Assembly: GCA_035460745.1 (NCBI GenBank)
Contig: DATHWJ010000189.1
Coordinates: 989-64,988, forward strand
DNA from: Ideonella sp.
GTDB taxonomy: Bacteria; Pseudomonadota; Gammaproteobacteria; Burkholderiales; Burkholderiaceae_C
Direction of reading: 5' to 3'
Length of the DNA stretch: 64,000 nt
The notes beneath the pieces were generated by a model. That model was not told the DNA's origin, did no database searches, and saw only the letters and a list, made by a program, of their open reading frames with translations. Of the stretch, positions 11,044-19,984 are shown in pieces. The translations under genes and the position numbers were made by a program. Within the stretch, counting starts at the first letter, position 1. Each line of letters begins with the position of its first letter.

Positions 11044-12018
11044 TCATTCATGGGGTAAACGCTCGCGCCGCAGCACCGTGACGTCCGTGCCGTTGCGGCG
11101 CACCAGCGAGAGCTCGCGCAGGGTCAGGTTCTCGTAGCGCAGCTGGCCGGTGATCTCGAAGTAGGTGGTATTGAGCTGCAGGTACTTGGAATCCTTCAGC
11201 TTGATGCTCTCGGGAAGCAGGGCCTGGGCCTTGTCCAGCGTGTCGAAGGCAGTGCGCTGGCGGGCCTGGACCAGGCGCTCGGCGCTGGCGCGGTCCAGCC
11301 CGGGCAGCACGGCCATCAGCACCTCGGGCGGCGCGGTGTTGATGTTGACCTTGGCGACGTCCGGCAGCATCACGACGAAGGGCGACAGCCGGCGCACGGT
11401 TTCGGCGTCCAGCCCGAGCCAGGTGAGCTGGCTGGGGCGCTGCGGCGGCAGCGGGGCGCCGGCCGCGGGGGTGGCGTCTTCGTCGAGATCGGCCTCGGCG
11501 GCCTCGGCGCCGCGCATGCCGGCCGCGATGCGGGTGGCCGTCTCGGCCGGCAGGCCCAGCACCTCGCACAGGCGCTGCAGGTTTTGCAGCTCGAGCGTCG
11601 CAGTCTCTTCGTCGTCCTCGATCAGGTTGTGCAGGTTGTAGCGCGACTGCGCGTCGGTGATGGTGCCGGAGAGAAAGGCGTCGATGCCGGGATCGGCGCT
11701 GCTGTTGTTGTCCTTGTCGGCCGCAAGAAAGGTCGACAGGCGGATGTCGGCCAGCCCGGTGGCCCAGGGCTCGGTCAGCGCATCGACGGTCTTGTTGTCC
11801 TCGCGCAGGATGATGCGGGCCCAGTCGAGCGCACCGGCCAGCAGCCAGCTGGCCTGGTTGCGGGTGCGCTCGGCGCTCTCCACCTCGATCGCGCGCCACT
11901 GCTGCCACACCATGCCGGCCGCCAGCGTGGCCACCAGCGTGACGATCAGCATCGCCAGCAGCAGCGCGGCGCCGCGCTGGGTGCGGCGTGTAAAGGAGAG
12001 GGGTACTGCGCGCCGCAT
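11044..12018 (-). CDS. gspK: Minor pseudopilin GspK
   Basis: QRGAALLLAMLIV prepilin-like start lacking E5, DAQSRYNL, VNINTAPPEVL. Confidence 0.93.
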   Translation of the reverse strand: MRRAVPLSFTRRTQRGAALLLAMLIVTLVATLAAGMVWQQWRAIEVESAERTRNQASWLLAGALDWARIILREDNKTVDALTEPWATGLADIRLSTFLAADKDNNSSADPGIDAFLSGTITDAQSRYNLHNLIEDDEETATLELQNLQRLCEVLGLPAETATRIAAGMRGAEAAEADLDEDATPAAGAPLPPQRPSQLTWLGLDAETVRRLSPFVVMLPDVAKVNINTAPPEVLMAVLPGLDRASAERLVQARQRTAFDTLDKAQALLPESIKLKDSKYLQLNTTYFEITGQLRYENLTLRELSLVRRNGTDVTVLRRERLPHE

Positions 12019-12716
12019 CAGATCGACGGGTGGATCGCGAGGTCGCGCGTCAGCACGCCGTTCGGCAGCGTCAGCACCAGGCGCACGCCGCCGGGGAGCT
12101 GGTCTTCGTTGGCGACCGCCGTGTTCTGCGGTGGTTCATTGCCGCTGCCGCTGCCGCCGCTGCCGTCCTCCGGGTTTGGAGGCGGCGGCGTGTTGGAAGA
12201 CGGCACGACCACCTTGTCGCCGGTGGACTGCGCATTGCTCCAGGCGTTCCAGTAGTAGTAGACCTGCAGGCCCGAGACGCCCTCGAGCATCTTCAGCGCA
12301 TCGGCGCTCATCGCCGTCCACTGCTGGCTGCGCAGCCACCATTCCTGCAGGTCCTGGATGCGCGTCACCGGCGGCGAGGCCCAGCGGTACCAGTCGCTGC
12401 CCTGCAGGGTCCAGACGACGATCTGGATGCCGTCGGGCGTGCGGCGCGTCATGCGCAGCGCCGAGCCGTCGTAGCGCAGGCCGGGCGCCGCCGAGCTCTG
12501 CTGGATCTGGTTGAGGTCCTGCTCCCACTGCGCCATCACGTTGGACAGGCGCAGGCTGGCCTCGGTGTTGCCGGCGGCGCCGTCGCGCGTGCGCACCAGG
12601 CCGTCTATGCCCTGCCAGGCCATGCCGGCCAGGATGGCCATGATGAACAGCGCGACCAGCACCTCGACCAGCGTGAAGCCGCGGGCGGGGCGGGGAGGGC
12701 AAGGCAGGCGTGGCAT
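12018..12716 (-). CDS. gspJ: Minor pseudopilin GspJ
   Basis: RGFTLVEVLVAL N-methylation motif; gene order I-J-K. Confidence 0.88.
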   Translation of the reverse strand: MPRLPCPPRPARGFTLVEVLVALFIMAILAGMAWQGIDGLVRTRDGAAGNTEASLRLSNVMAQWEQDLNQIQQSSAAPGLRYDGSALRMTRRTPDGIQIVVWTLQGSDWYRWASPPVTRIQDLQEWWLRSQQWTAMSADALKMLEGVSGLQVYYYWNAWSNAQSTGDKVVVPSSNTPPPPNPEDGSGGSGSGNEPPQNTAVANEDQLPGGVRLVLTLPNGVLTRDLAIHPSI

Positions 12717-12729
12717 GGCGGGCGGGCTG

Positions 12730-13107
12730 TCAGTAGCGCGGCAGCACGGTGGACAGCGTCACCAGCGGCGTGTCGTCGGCCGTGGCCACCGCGGCGTCGA
12801 CGCGGCGGAAATTGGGGTTCAGCGTGGCCTGCACCCGCAGCGTGCCGCGGTAGCTCTGGCCCAGCTCTATGCACTCGAAGCTGGCGCTCCCGACATCGGG
12901 GAAGGTCTTGGCCAGCTTCAGGTTGGCCAGCCGGTTGTCGGCGCACCACTGCGCGGCCGTCACGTCGGACAGGCGCTGCGCGTTGTTCAGCAGCGCCCCG
13001 GCCGCCCGGCTGCCGGCCGCCAGCGCGATGGCGACGATGGCGACCGCCACCAGCACCTCTACAAGGCTGAATCCTGATGCCGCATTCGGTTGGGCGATTG
13101 AGCTCAT
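12730..13107 (-). CDS. gspI: Minor pseudopilin GspI
   Basis: SGFSLVEVLVAVAIVAIALAA, AQWCADNRL, TLNPNFRRVD; ATG overlaps the gspH stop. Confidence 0.92.
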   Translation of the reverse strand: MSSIAQPNAASGFSLVEVLVAVAIVAIALAAGSRAAGALLNNAQRLSDVTAAQWCADNRLANLKLAKTFPDVGSASFECIELGQSYRGTLRVQATLNPNFRRVDAAVATADDTPLVTLSTVLPRY

Positions 13108-13562
13108 GGCACGGGCCCACCCTCCGGCGGTGGATCGACCACCACGAAAGGCCCCATGCCGTCGGTAGCCAGCACCAGCTGGCGGTCCTCGATGCGCAGC
13201 ACCACGCGCTGGGCGCCTATCACCGGCTCGGGGCCCAGCCGCAGCGCCGGCGCGCCTATCACCGCGGCCACGGTGCGCTCGTCCAGCCACTGGGCCGGCA
13301 GGCCGGCCTCGGGCGGCAGGCCGGTGAACTGGAAGCCGCCGCCGGCCTCCTTGGAGGGCAGCCAGTGGACGGCGATGCCCATGGCTCGCGCGCGGGCCCG
13401 GGCGCCCTCGAACAGCGCCGCCAGGCGGGCGCCTTCTTCTTCGAGGCGGTTGGCATTGGCGTCGCGCAGCGCCAGTGTGGTCATGCCGACGACGATGGCC
13501 AGCAGGGCGACCACCAGCATCAGTTCCAGCAGCGTGAAGCCGCGCGCGCGGCGGGTGGGCAT
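13104..13562 (-). CDS. gspH: Minor pseudopilin GspH
   Basis: RGFTLLELMLVV, EGARLAALFE; between gspG and gspI. Confidence 0.88.
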   Translation of the reverse strand: MPTRRARGFTLLELMLVVALLAIVVGMTTLALRDANANRLEEEGARLAALFEGARARARAMGIAVHWLPSKEAGGGFQFTGLPPEAGLPAQWLDERTVAAVIGAPALRLGPEPVIGAQRVVLRIEDRQLVLATDGMGPFVVVDPPPEGGPVP

Positions 13563-13591
13563 GGCGGGGGCTGCTGGGCGGCGCTCGGCGC

Positions 13592-14059
13592 TTACTGCCA
13601 GGAGCCGATGTCGGCGTCGTTGCCTTCGCCGCCGGGCTGGCCGTCGGCGCCCAGGCTGAAGACATCGATCTCGCCCTTGACGCCGGGGTTGGCGTACTGG
13701 TACGGCCGGCCCCAGGGGTCGTTGGGCAGCTTCTCGACGTAGAGCTTCCAGTTGCCCGGGACGGGGCCGACGGTGGGCCGGCTGCGCAGGGCCTCCAGGC
13801 CTTGTTCGCCGGTCGGGAAGCGCTGGTTGTCGAGCTTGTAGAGCTTGAGGGCCTGCATGATGTTGCCGACGTCGGTGCGGGCAGCGGTGACGCGGGCGTC
13901 GTCGGCACGGTTCAGCACGTTGGGCACGATCAGCGCGGCCAGCACGCCGATGATGACCAGCACCACCATCAACTCGATCAGCGTGAAGCCACGTGCGGCA
14001 AGGCGGCCGGCGGTAGGCGGACGGCGGGTGGCGGGGAGCGGTCGGGTCGACGCAGTCAT
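13592..14059 (-). CDS. gspG: Major pseudopilin GspG
   Basis: RGFTLIELMVVLVIIGVLAALIVP, YKLDN..PT.EQGLEAL, DPWGRPYQY, SLGADGQPGGEG..ADI. Confidence 0.97.
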   Translation of the reverse strand: MTASTRPLPATRRPPTAGRLAARGFTLIELMVVLVIIGVLAALIVPNVLNRADDARVTAARTDVGNIMQALKLYKLDNQRFPTGEQGLEALRSRPTVGPVPGNWKLYVEKLPNDPWGRPYQYANPGVKGEIDVFSLGADGQPGGEGNDADIGSWQ

Positions 14060-14120
14060 GGGTGTAAAGAAGCCCTTATGAGGCGGCAGGACAGGAAGTG
14101 GCTTGCATGATAATCGTCGG

Positions 14121-14774
14121 ATGGCTTCCAGATTATTAACGTTCGCCGTCTGGGCGGTGGTGCTTGCCACCGCGCTGTTCTGGGGATTGAGGGTCTTCGT
14201 CCAGAAGCCCGGCTTGCCCGCGCAGGTGCAGATGCCCTCGCGTGGCCTGGCGATGGGCGGCGAGCTGAAGCGGCTGCTCGGCGCTTCGGTCGTCGCCGTC
14301 GTCGATGAAGAAGAAGAGCCCGAGGAAGGCAGCGACCGCTTCCACCTGCTGGGTGTGGTCGCGCCGCGTGGCGCGAGCCTGTCGGCCCAGGGCGTGGCGC
14401 TGATCGCCGTCGGCGGCGAGCCGGCCAAGGCCTGGCGCACGGGGGCGGTGGTCGATGGCGACACGGTGCTGCTGTCGGTCGACAAGCGCTCGGTCAAGCT
14501 CGGCCCGCGCGGCGGCCCGGCCACCACCGAGCTCAAGCTGCCCGAGCCCGAAGCCGCCGCCACCGGGCCGGTTGGCGGGGCGCCGGGTGCCGTGCGGCCG
14601 ATGCAAGGGCTGCAGCAGCCCGGCACGGCGCCGATGCGCCCGGGCGGCGTGATGCAGCCCGGCCTGCAGAACGGCATCGCCGGCCACAACGGCGCCCAGC
14701 AGGTGCCGCGCCCCACTCGGCCGATGCCGCAGGGCGAAGACACTTCGTCGGACGACGAGGAAGAAGAAGAATGA
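14121..14774 (+). CDS. gspC: GspC-like type II secretion protein (no PDZ domain; low-complexity acidic tail)
   Basis: N-terminal TM, HR-like segment FHLLGVVA..GVALIAVGGEPAK; divergent from gspG. Confidence 0.8.
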   Translation: MASRLLTFAVWAVVLATALFWGLRVFVQKPGLPAQVQMPSRGLAMGGELKRLLGASVVAVVDEEEEPEEGSDRFHLLGVVAPRGASLSAQGVALIAVGGEPAKAWRTGAVVDGDTVLLSVDKRSVKLGPRGGPATTELKLPEPEAAATGPVGGAPGAVRPMQGLQQPGTAPMRPGGVMQPGLQNGIAGHNGAQQVPRPTRPMPQGEDTSSDDEEEEE

Positions 14775-14804
14775 CCTGGGGCCGCTTGGCCGCCCGGCCG
14801 CCGC

Positions 14805-15584
14805 TCAGCGGCAGGTGGGCGGCAGCGGCGGCACCAGATCCCAGCCGTAGGGGCCGTCCCTGAGCTGGATGCTGCCGTGTTCGCCGCTGTCCGCGCAGGC
14901 CTTGGTCGGCCCGCTGATGGCCCACTCCAGGCGCACGGCAGCGCCGTCGGCCCGCCAGCTCCTGAAGCTGTAGCTCACGCCGACCGGCGCTTCGTAGCGG
15001 TACTGCTGCGTCCAGCGGGCGCCCACGCGCAGGTAGAGCGCCAGCGTCGAGACGCCGGCCTGGCTGGCCGGCTTGGCCGCCACCAGCAAGCGGCCGGCGG
15101 GCGCCGGCCAGGGCAGCGCGTCCAGCCCCAGCACCGGAGGCCCTGCCGCACCCACCAGCCAGTAACGGGCCGCACTCAGCGGGGCACCCGGCGCCAGCGC
15201 CAGCACGAGCCGGGCGTCGCTGCCTTCGACCGCGCCCAGGTAGTAGTTGCGCGGGCCGGCGCCGCCGGCCGCCGGGGTGGTGGCGTTCGTGGCGACCACG
15301 GCGCGGCGGTCGTCGAAGCGCACCGGGCCACCGGTGGTCTGCAGGCTCAGCCAGGGGCCGGCGCGCTCGGCCTGGCCGGCGGCCTCCTTGAGGGCCCGCG
15401 CTTCGAGGGCCGCGAGGCAGCCTTCAGCCGGCGGGGCCGCGCATTGCGCGAGGGCGTGGTGCAGCGCTTCGGCCGTCTCGGCCCTGCAGGCCGCCGCGGC
15501 CAGCAGGCCGGCCGCGGTGAGGCCGGCGAACTTCGCGGCCTGTCGGCGGGCGTTCGATGGCGGGCGGCGCGGTGCCGCCACCAT
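14805..15584 (-). CDS. Hypothetical exported protein
   Basis: Signal-peptide-like stretch (FAGLTAAGLLAAAAC) followed by a beta-rich region; start uncertain. Confidence 0.6.
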   Translation of the reverse strand: MVAAPRRPPSNARRQAAKFAGLTAAGLLAAAACRAETAEALHHALAQCAAPPAEGCLAALEARALKEAAGQAERAGPWLSLQTTGGPVRFDDRRAVVATNATTPAAGGAGPRNYYLGAVEGSDARLVLALAPGAPLSAARYWLVGAAGPPVLGLDALPWPAPAGRLLVAAKPASQAGVSTLALYLRVGARWTQQYRYEAPVGVSYSFRSWRADGAAVRLEWAISGPTKACADSGEHGSIQLRDGPYGWDLVPPLPPTCR

Positions 15585-15688
15585 CGAACGTTCAAAGCCG
15601 CATGCCGCCATGGACGGCATTGTCCCCGAGGCCCGCGCCTGGTGAGTGCCCCTTCGTTGCCTCGAAAAGGCGCCGGCCCTGCTGCCGC

Positions 15689-17461
15689 TCAGCGGATGAC
15701 GAGGAAGGACGCGCTGACGGCGCCCAGGTTGCCGTCGGCATCGCGACCGCGCACGAAGACCATGTGCTTGCCCTGGCTCAGGCCGGCGGTATTGATCTGG
15801 CGGGTGACGTTTTCGGTGCTGCTGTCGAAGAGGCCGTCGATCGCCTTGGCCGGCAGCGCCACGGCCCCCGGCATCCACGGCGGCGTGTCGACGAAGATCT
15901 CGGCGCCGTCGACGTTCTGCACCGGCTCGGTGCCCTTGCGGGTGCTGAACCGGGTGTCGGTGACGGCGGCGCTGACCTTGACCTTGGTGCCGGCCACGAC
16001 GCCGGTGGTCGCGGCCTTGCCGCTCAGCTTGATGCCCGTCACGTCCGGCCCGGCGGGGGTCAGGTAGGGCGTGCGCACGACCTTGGCCGCATAGGTCAGC
16101 ACCGGCAGGTTCTTGGGCTTGATGTTGCTCTCGAAGCTGCTGCAGGACTGGAAGAACGTGGTGCCCATCTCGATCGTGAAGGCCGCCACGCCCAGCTCCC
16201 CATAGCTGATGGCGTCGGAAGTGCCGTCGGTGGCATACAGGCCGATCGAGGCCTCCGGCAGGTAGCCGTTGAAATAGGCGAACTTGCGGCCCAGCGTCTG
16301 CAGCGCGATGCCGTTGGGCGCGACCGCCTTGGTGTCGCCCCAGGGCCAGAGCACCAGCTCGCTGTAGCTGTGCATGTCGATGTGGATGCCGCTGGTGTCG
16401 GCCGGGGCGGCGTCGGTCTTGGCCGGGCCGCGGCGGTCCGGCCAGAGCGTGCGCACGTAGGCCTCGATGGTCTGGGTCTCGGGCTCGGAGGCGGCCGAAG
16501 GACCGCGGTAGGTTTCGCTGCACTGGTTGCCGCTCGAACCCTGGCCGTTGGTCGAATTCCAGCTGTTGCTGAAATTGCGGTTCAGGTCGGCGCCGCGGTT
16601 GTTGCTGGTGGCGCCGCAGTAGTTGGTGTTGGTGTTCTTGCGCCACGACAGGCCGGTCTCGGCCTTCTTGCGGCCGTCCGGGTTGGTCTGGAGCAGCAGG
16701 TGCACTTCGTGGTGGTCGAGGATCCAGGTGGCGTCGGCGTCGGTGCCGTAGCCGGTCAGCAACTGGCGGGCGAAGGCCAGCGCCAGCGGCGCGGTGGCGT
16801 ACTCGCGGGCGTGGATGGCGGAGTTCAGGAACAGCTTGGGCTTGGCTTCGCCGTTGGGGCCGGTGGTGGACTTGTTGGTGAGCTTGAGCACGCCGATGTC
16901 GTAGCCTCCCAGCCCTTGCGTCTTCTGCCAGCTCTCGCCGATGAAGCTCCAGGCGGCCAGGGTGGGGTAGGTGGTGGTGAGGCCCTGCGCGGCGGTGTAG
17001 GTCTCCTCGACCGTCTCGTAGCAGGGGAAGCTGGGGATGGACTCGCTGCCCAGCGCGCCCTGCGCCGACAGTGCAGCGGCAGACTGGCCGAGGATGTTCG
17101 GGTTGCCGGCGGCGCGCAGGCGCTCCAGCATCGCGTTGCGCTTGGCGATGAAGGCGGTGTCCTTCTCGATGCGGAACTTGAAGGGCTCGAGGCGCTTGAG
17201 CTCGCCGGCGTCGAGCTGCACCACCAGGTAGCCGTCCTTCCAGTTGGTCTCGAGCAGGTTGTCGTGCAGGCTGATGGCGGCCTTGGCACCGATCTCGGCG
17301 TTGGGGAAGTAGACGCGGTAGACGTTGTCCGCGGCCATCTCCTGGCCCATCAGGTGGTCGGTCTCGGCGCGGGCGGCCGCGCTGTTGGCGGCGTCATGGG
17401 CGTGGGCCGGGTAGGCGGCGAGCAGGGCGGCGCTGAGCGCGGCAAGGGCGGCAAGCTTCAA
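15689..17461 (-). CDS. Secreted M14 zinc carboxypeptidase (carboxypeptidase T-like) with C-terminal beta domain
   Basis: Signal peptide, HARE zinc motif, WRKN, GADLNRNF, SEPET, IDMHSY, FTIEMG; TTG start. Confidence 0.93.
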   Translation of the reverse strand: MKLAALAALSAALLAAYPAHAHDAANSAAARAETDHLMGQEMAADNVYRVYFPNAEIGAKAAISLHDNLLETNWKDGYLVVQLDAGELKRLEPFKFRIEKDTAFIAKRNAMLERLRAAGNPNILGQSAAALSAQGALGSESIPSFPCYETVEETYTAAQGLTTTYPTLAAWSFIGESWQKTQGLGGYDIGVLKLTNKSTTGPNGEAKPKLFLNSAIHAREYATAPLALAFARQLLTGYGTDADATWILDHHEVHLLLQTNPDGRKKAETGLSWRKNTNTNYCGATSNNRGADLNRNFSNSWNSTNGQGSSGNQCSETYRGPSAASEPETQTIEAYVRTLWPDRRGPAKTDAAPADTSGIHIDMHSYSELVLWPWGDTKAVAPNGIALQTLGRKFAYFNGYLPEASIGLYATDGTSDAISYGELGVAAFTIEMGTTFFQSCSSFESNIKPKNLPVLTYAAKVVRTPYLTPAGPDVTGIKLSGKAATTGVVAGTKVKVSAAVTDTRFSTRKGTEPVQNVDGAEIFVDTPPWMPGAVALPAKAIDGLFDSSTENVTRQINTAGLSQGKHMVFVRGRDADGNLGAVSASFLVIR

Positions 17462-17614
17462 GTTGAACTCCTCAACGATTCTTGAAAGGCCCCGTTTCTT
17501 GTGTTCGGCGGGACCTGCGGTGCCGAGGGTGATCGGCCGCGCGATTGTCAGTGCCGCCCCCGCCCGCGGCTAGGCATGGGAGGCCTCCAAAGCGGCTTCA
17601 ATGATCAAGTTCGA

Positions 17615-19165
17615 TCAGGCTTCGAAGACGCGCCGGTGCTGTTCGCGCAGCAGGTTCTTCTGCACCTTGCCCATCGCATTGCGCGGCAGGTCTGCGACGA
17701 CGAAGACCTGCTTGGGCACCTTGAAGGCGGCGATCTGGCGCTTCAGCGCTGCCAGCATCGCTGGCCCGTCGAGTGAGGCCCCGGCCTGGGGCACGACGAC
17801 GGCGATCACGCCCTCGCCGAAATCCGGGTGCGGCGCGCCTATCACCGCGCTCTCGGCCACGCCGGGCATCTCGTTGAGGTAGCTCTCGATCTCGGCCGGG
17901 TAGACGTTGTAGCCGCCGCTGATGATCAGGTCCTTGCTGCGCCCGACGATGCTCACGTAGCCCAGCGCATCGATCCTGCCGACGTCGCCGGTCTTGAACC
18001 AGCCGTCGGCGGTGAACTCCTCGGCCGTCTTCTCGGGCATGCGCCAGTAGCCGGCGAAGACATTGGGCCCGCGCACCTCGATGCCGCCGATCTCGCCGGC
18101 GGGCAGCTCGCGGCCGTGTTCGTCGCGCACCCGCAGGCCCACCCCCGGCAGCGGGAAGCCGACGGTGCCGCCGCGCCGCTCGCCGTCCTCGGCGCGGTAG
18201 GGGTTGGAGCTCAGCATCACCGTCTCGCTCATGCCGTAGCGCTCGAGGATGGTGTGGCCGCTGCGCTCGCGGAAGCTGTTGAAGGTCTCGATCAGCAAGG
18301 GCGCCGAGCCGCTGATGAACAGCCTCATGCGGGCGCAGGCGGCCGGCGTCAGGCCGGGCTCGGCGAGCAGCCGCACGTACAGCGTGGGCACGCCCATGAA
18401 GACCGTGGCCTCGGGCAGGCGCGCCAGCACCGCCTTGGGGTCGAATCTGGAGAACCAGATCATCTTGCTGCCGTTCAGCAGCGCGCCGTGCGAGGCGACG
18501 AACAGGCCGTGCACGTGGAAGATGGGCAGCGCGTGGATCAGCACGTCGCCGCCCTGCGCGGGCGAGCGCCAGCCCCAGGCGTCCTTCAGCGTCAGCGCGT
18601 TGGACAGCAGGTTGCCGTGGCTCAGCATCGCCCCCTTGCTGCGGCCGGTGGTGCCGCTGGTGTAGAGGATGGCGGCGAGGTCGCCGGCGGCCCGTGCGGC
18701 CGGCTCGTGGCTCTCGCCGTGGAAGGCGGCGCGCTCCAGCAGCGTGCCGCTGCGGTCGTCGTTGAGCGTGAAGACATGGCTGCAGCCGGCCTTGAAGGCG
18801 ATCCGGCTGGTCCAGGTGAAGTTCCTGCCCGCGCAAACCATCACCGCCGGCTCGGCATTGGCGATGAAGTACTCGATCTCCGCCGCCTGGTAGGAGGTGT
18901 TCAGCGGCAGGTAGACGAAGCCGGCGCGCAGCACCGCGAGGTAGAGCAGCAGCGCTTCGACGCTCTTTTCGGTCTGCACCGCGACGCGGCTGCCGGTGGG
19001 CAGGTCCAGCGAGGCGAGCAGGTTGGCGAGGCGCGCCGTGGCGTGGTCCAGGTCGCGCCAGCTATAGAGCAAGGGGGCGCCGGGGCCGTCGGCGGTCTCG
19101 ATCGCGATGCTGTCGAGGTCCGCGGGGAAGGCGCCACGCAGGGCGCTGAAGAGGTTGTGGTTCAT
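17615..19165 (-). CDS. matB: Malonyl-CoA synthetase (acyl-CoA synthetase family)
   Basis: YTSGTTGRSKGAMLSH, LIHALPIFHVHGLFVA, LERYGMSET, PRNAMGKVQKN as in MatB. Confidence 0.88.
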   Translation of the reverse strand: MNHNLFSALRGAFPADLDSIAIETADGPGAPLLYSWRDLDHATARLANLLASLDLPTGSRVAVQTEKSVEALLLYLAVLRAGFVYLPLNTSYQAAEIEYFIANAEPAVMVCAGRNFTWTSRIAFKAGCSHVFTLNDDRSGTLLERAAFHGESHEPAARAAGDLAAILYTSGTTGRSKGAMLSHGNLLSNALTLKDAWGWRSPAQGGDVLIHALPIFHVHGLFVASHGALLNGSKMIWFSRFDPKAVLARLPEATVFMGVPTLYVRLLAEPGLTPAACARMRLFISGSAPLLIETFNSFRERSGHTILERYGMSETVMLSSNPYRAEDGERRGGTVGFPLPGVGLRVRDEHGRELPAGEIGGIEVRGPNVFAGYWRMPEKTAEEFTADGWFKTGDVGRIDALGYVSIVGRSKDLIISGGYNVYPAEIESYLNEMPGVAESAVIGAPHPDFGEGVIAVVVPQAGASLDGPAMLAALKRQIAAFKVPKQVFVVADLPRNAMGKVQKNLLREQHRRVFEA

Positions 19166-19974
19166 GAGGGGTCGGGGTCGGAGCCGGGCTCGGCGCCGAA
19201 GCGCGCCGGGCGGCGTTCGATGAAAGCGGCCAGGCCCTCGCGGTGCTCGGCCGAGGCGGCGTAGCCGTAGTGGTCGGTGCGCTCGTGGGCCTCGCTGGCC
19301 GGGCCGGCGGCGAAGCGGCGCAGCGCGCGCTTGTTGAGCCGCAGCGCCTGCGGCGAGAGCGTGGCGATGCGCTCGGCCGTCTCGCGCACGTGCAACGCCA
19401 GCTGGTCCTCGGGCAGCACGCGCGTCACCAGGCCGCGCGCACGGGCTTCTTCGGCGTCCAGCACGCGCGCTTCGAGCAGCAGCTCGCGCAGCGTGGTCTC
19501 GCCGACCACCCGCGCGACGATCTGTATCTCGGCCGGCGCCATCGGGAAGCCCAGCTTGGCGATGGGCACGCCGAAGCGGCTCTGCGCGCTGCACAGCCGC
19601 AGGTCGCAGCAAGCCGCGATCTCCAGCCCGCCACCCACGCAGGCGCCTTCTATCATCGCGATCAGCGGCAGCTCGCAGGCCAGCATCGCCTCCAGCGCGG
19701 GGGCCACGATCTGCTCGTGGTAGTGGGCCAGGCGCTCCGGGTCGAAGCGGAAGTCGGGGAACTCCTCGATGTCGGCCCCGGCCACGAAGCTGCCGCCTTC
19801 ACCCTGCAGCACCAGCACCCGCGGCGGCGCCGCGCTGGCGTTCAGCGCATCGAAGACCTCGCGCAGCTCGCGCCACATCTGCACCGACAAGGCATTCAGC
19901 TTGCCCGGGTGGCTGAAGACCAGCCGCGCGATGCCCTGTGCATCGGCGGCCTCGAGCCGGATCTGTCCAGGCAT
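19162..19974 (-). CDS. Enoyl-CoA hydratase/isomerase family protein
   Basis: FVAGADI, GACVGGGLEIAACCDLR crotonase motifs. Confidence 0.92.
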   Translation of the reverse strand: MPGQIRLEAADAQGIARLVFSHPGKLNALSVQMWRELREVFDALNASAAPPRVLVLQGEGGSFVAGADIEEFPDFRFDPERLAHYHEQIVAPALEAMLACELPLIAMIEGACVGGGLEIAACCDLRLCSAQSRFGVPIAKLGFPMAPAEIQIVARVVGETTLRELLLEARVLDAEEARARGLVTRVLPEDQLALHVRETAERIATLSPQALRLNKRALRRFAAGPASEAHERTDHYGYAASAEHREGLAAFIERRPARFGAEPGSDPDPS

Positions 19975-19984
19975 CGCGACGGTC

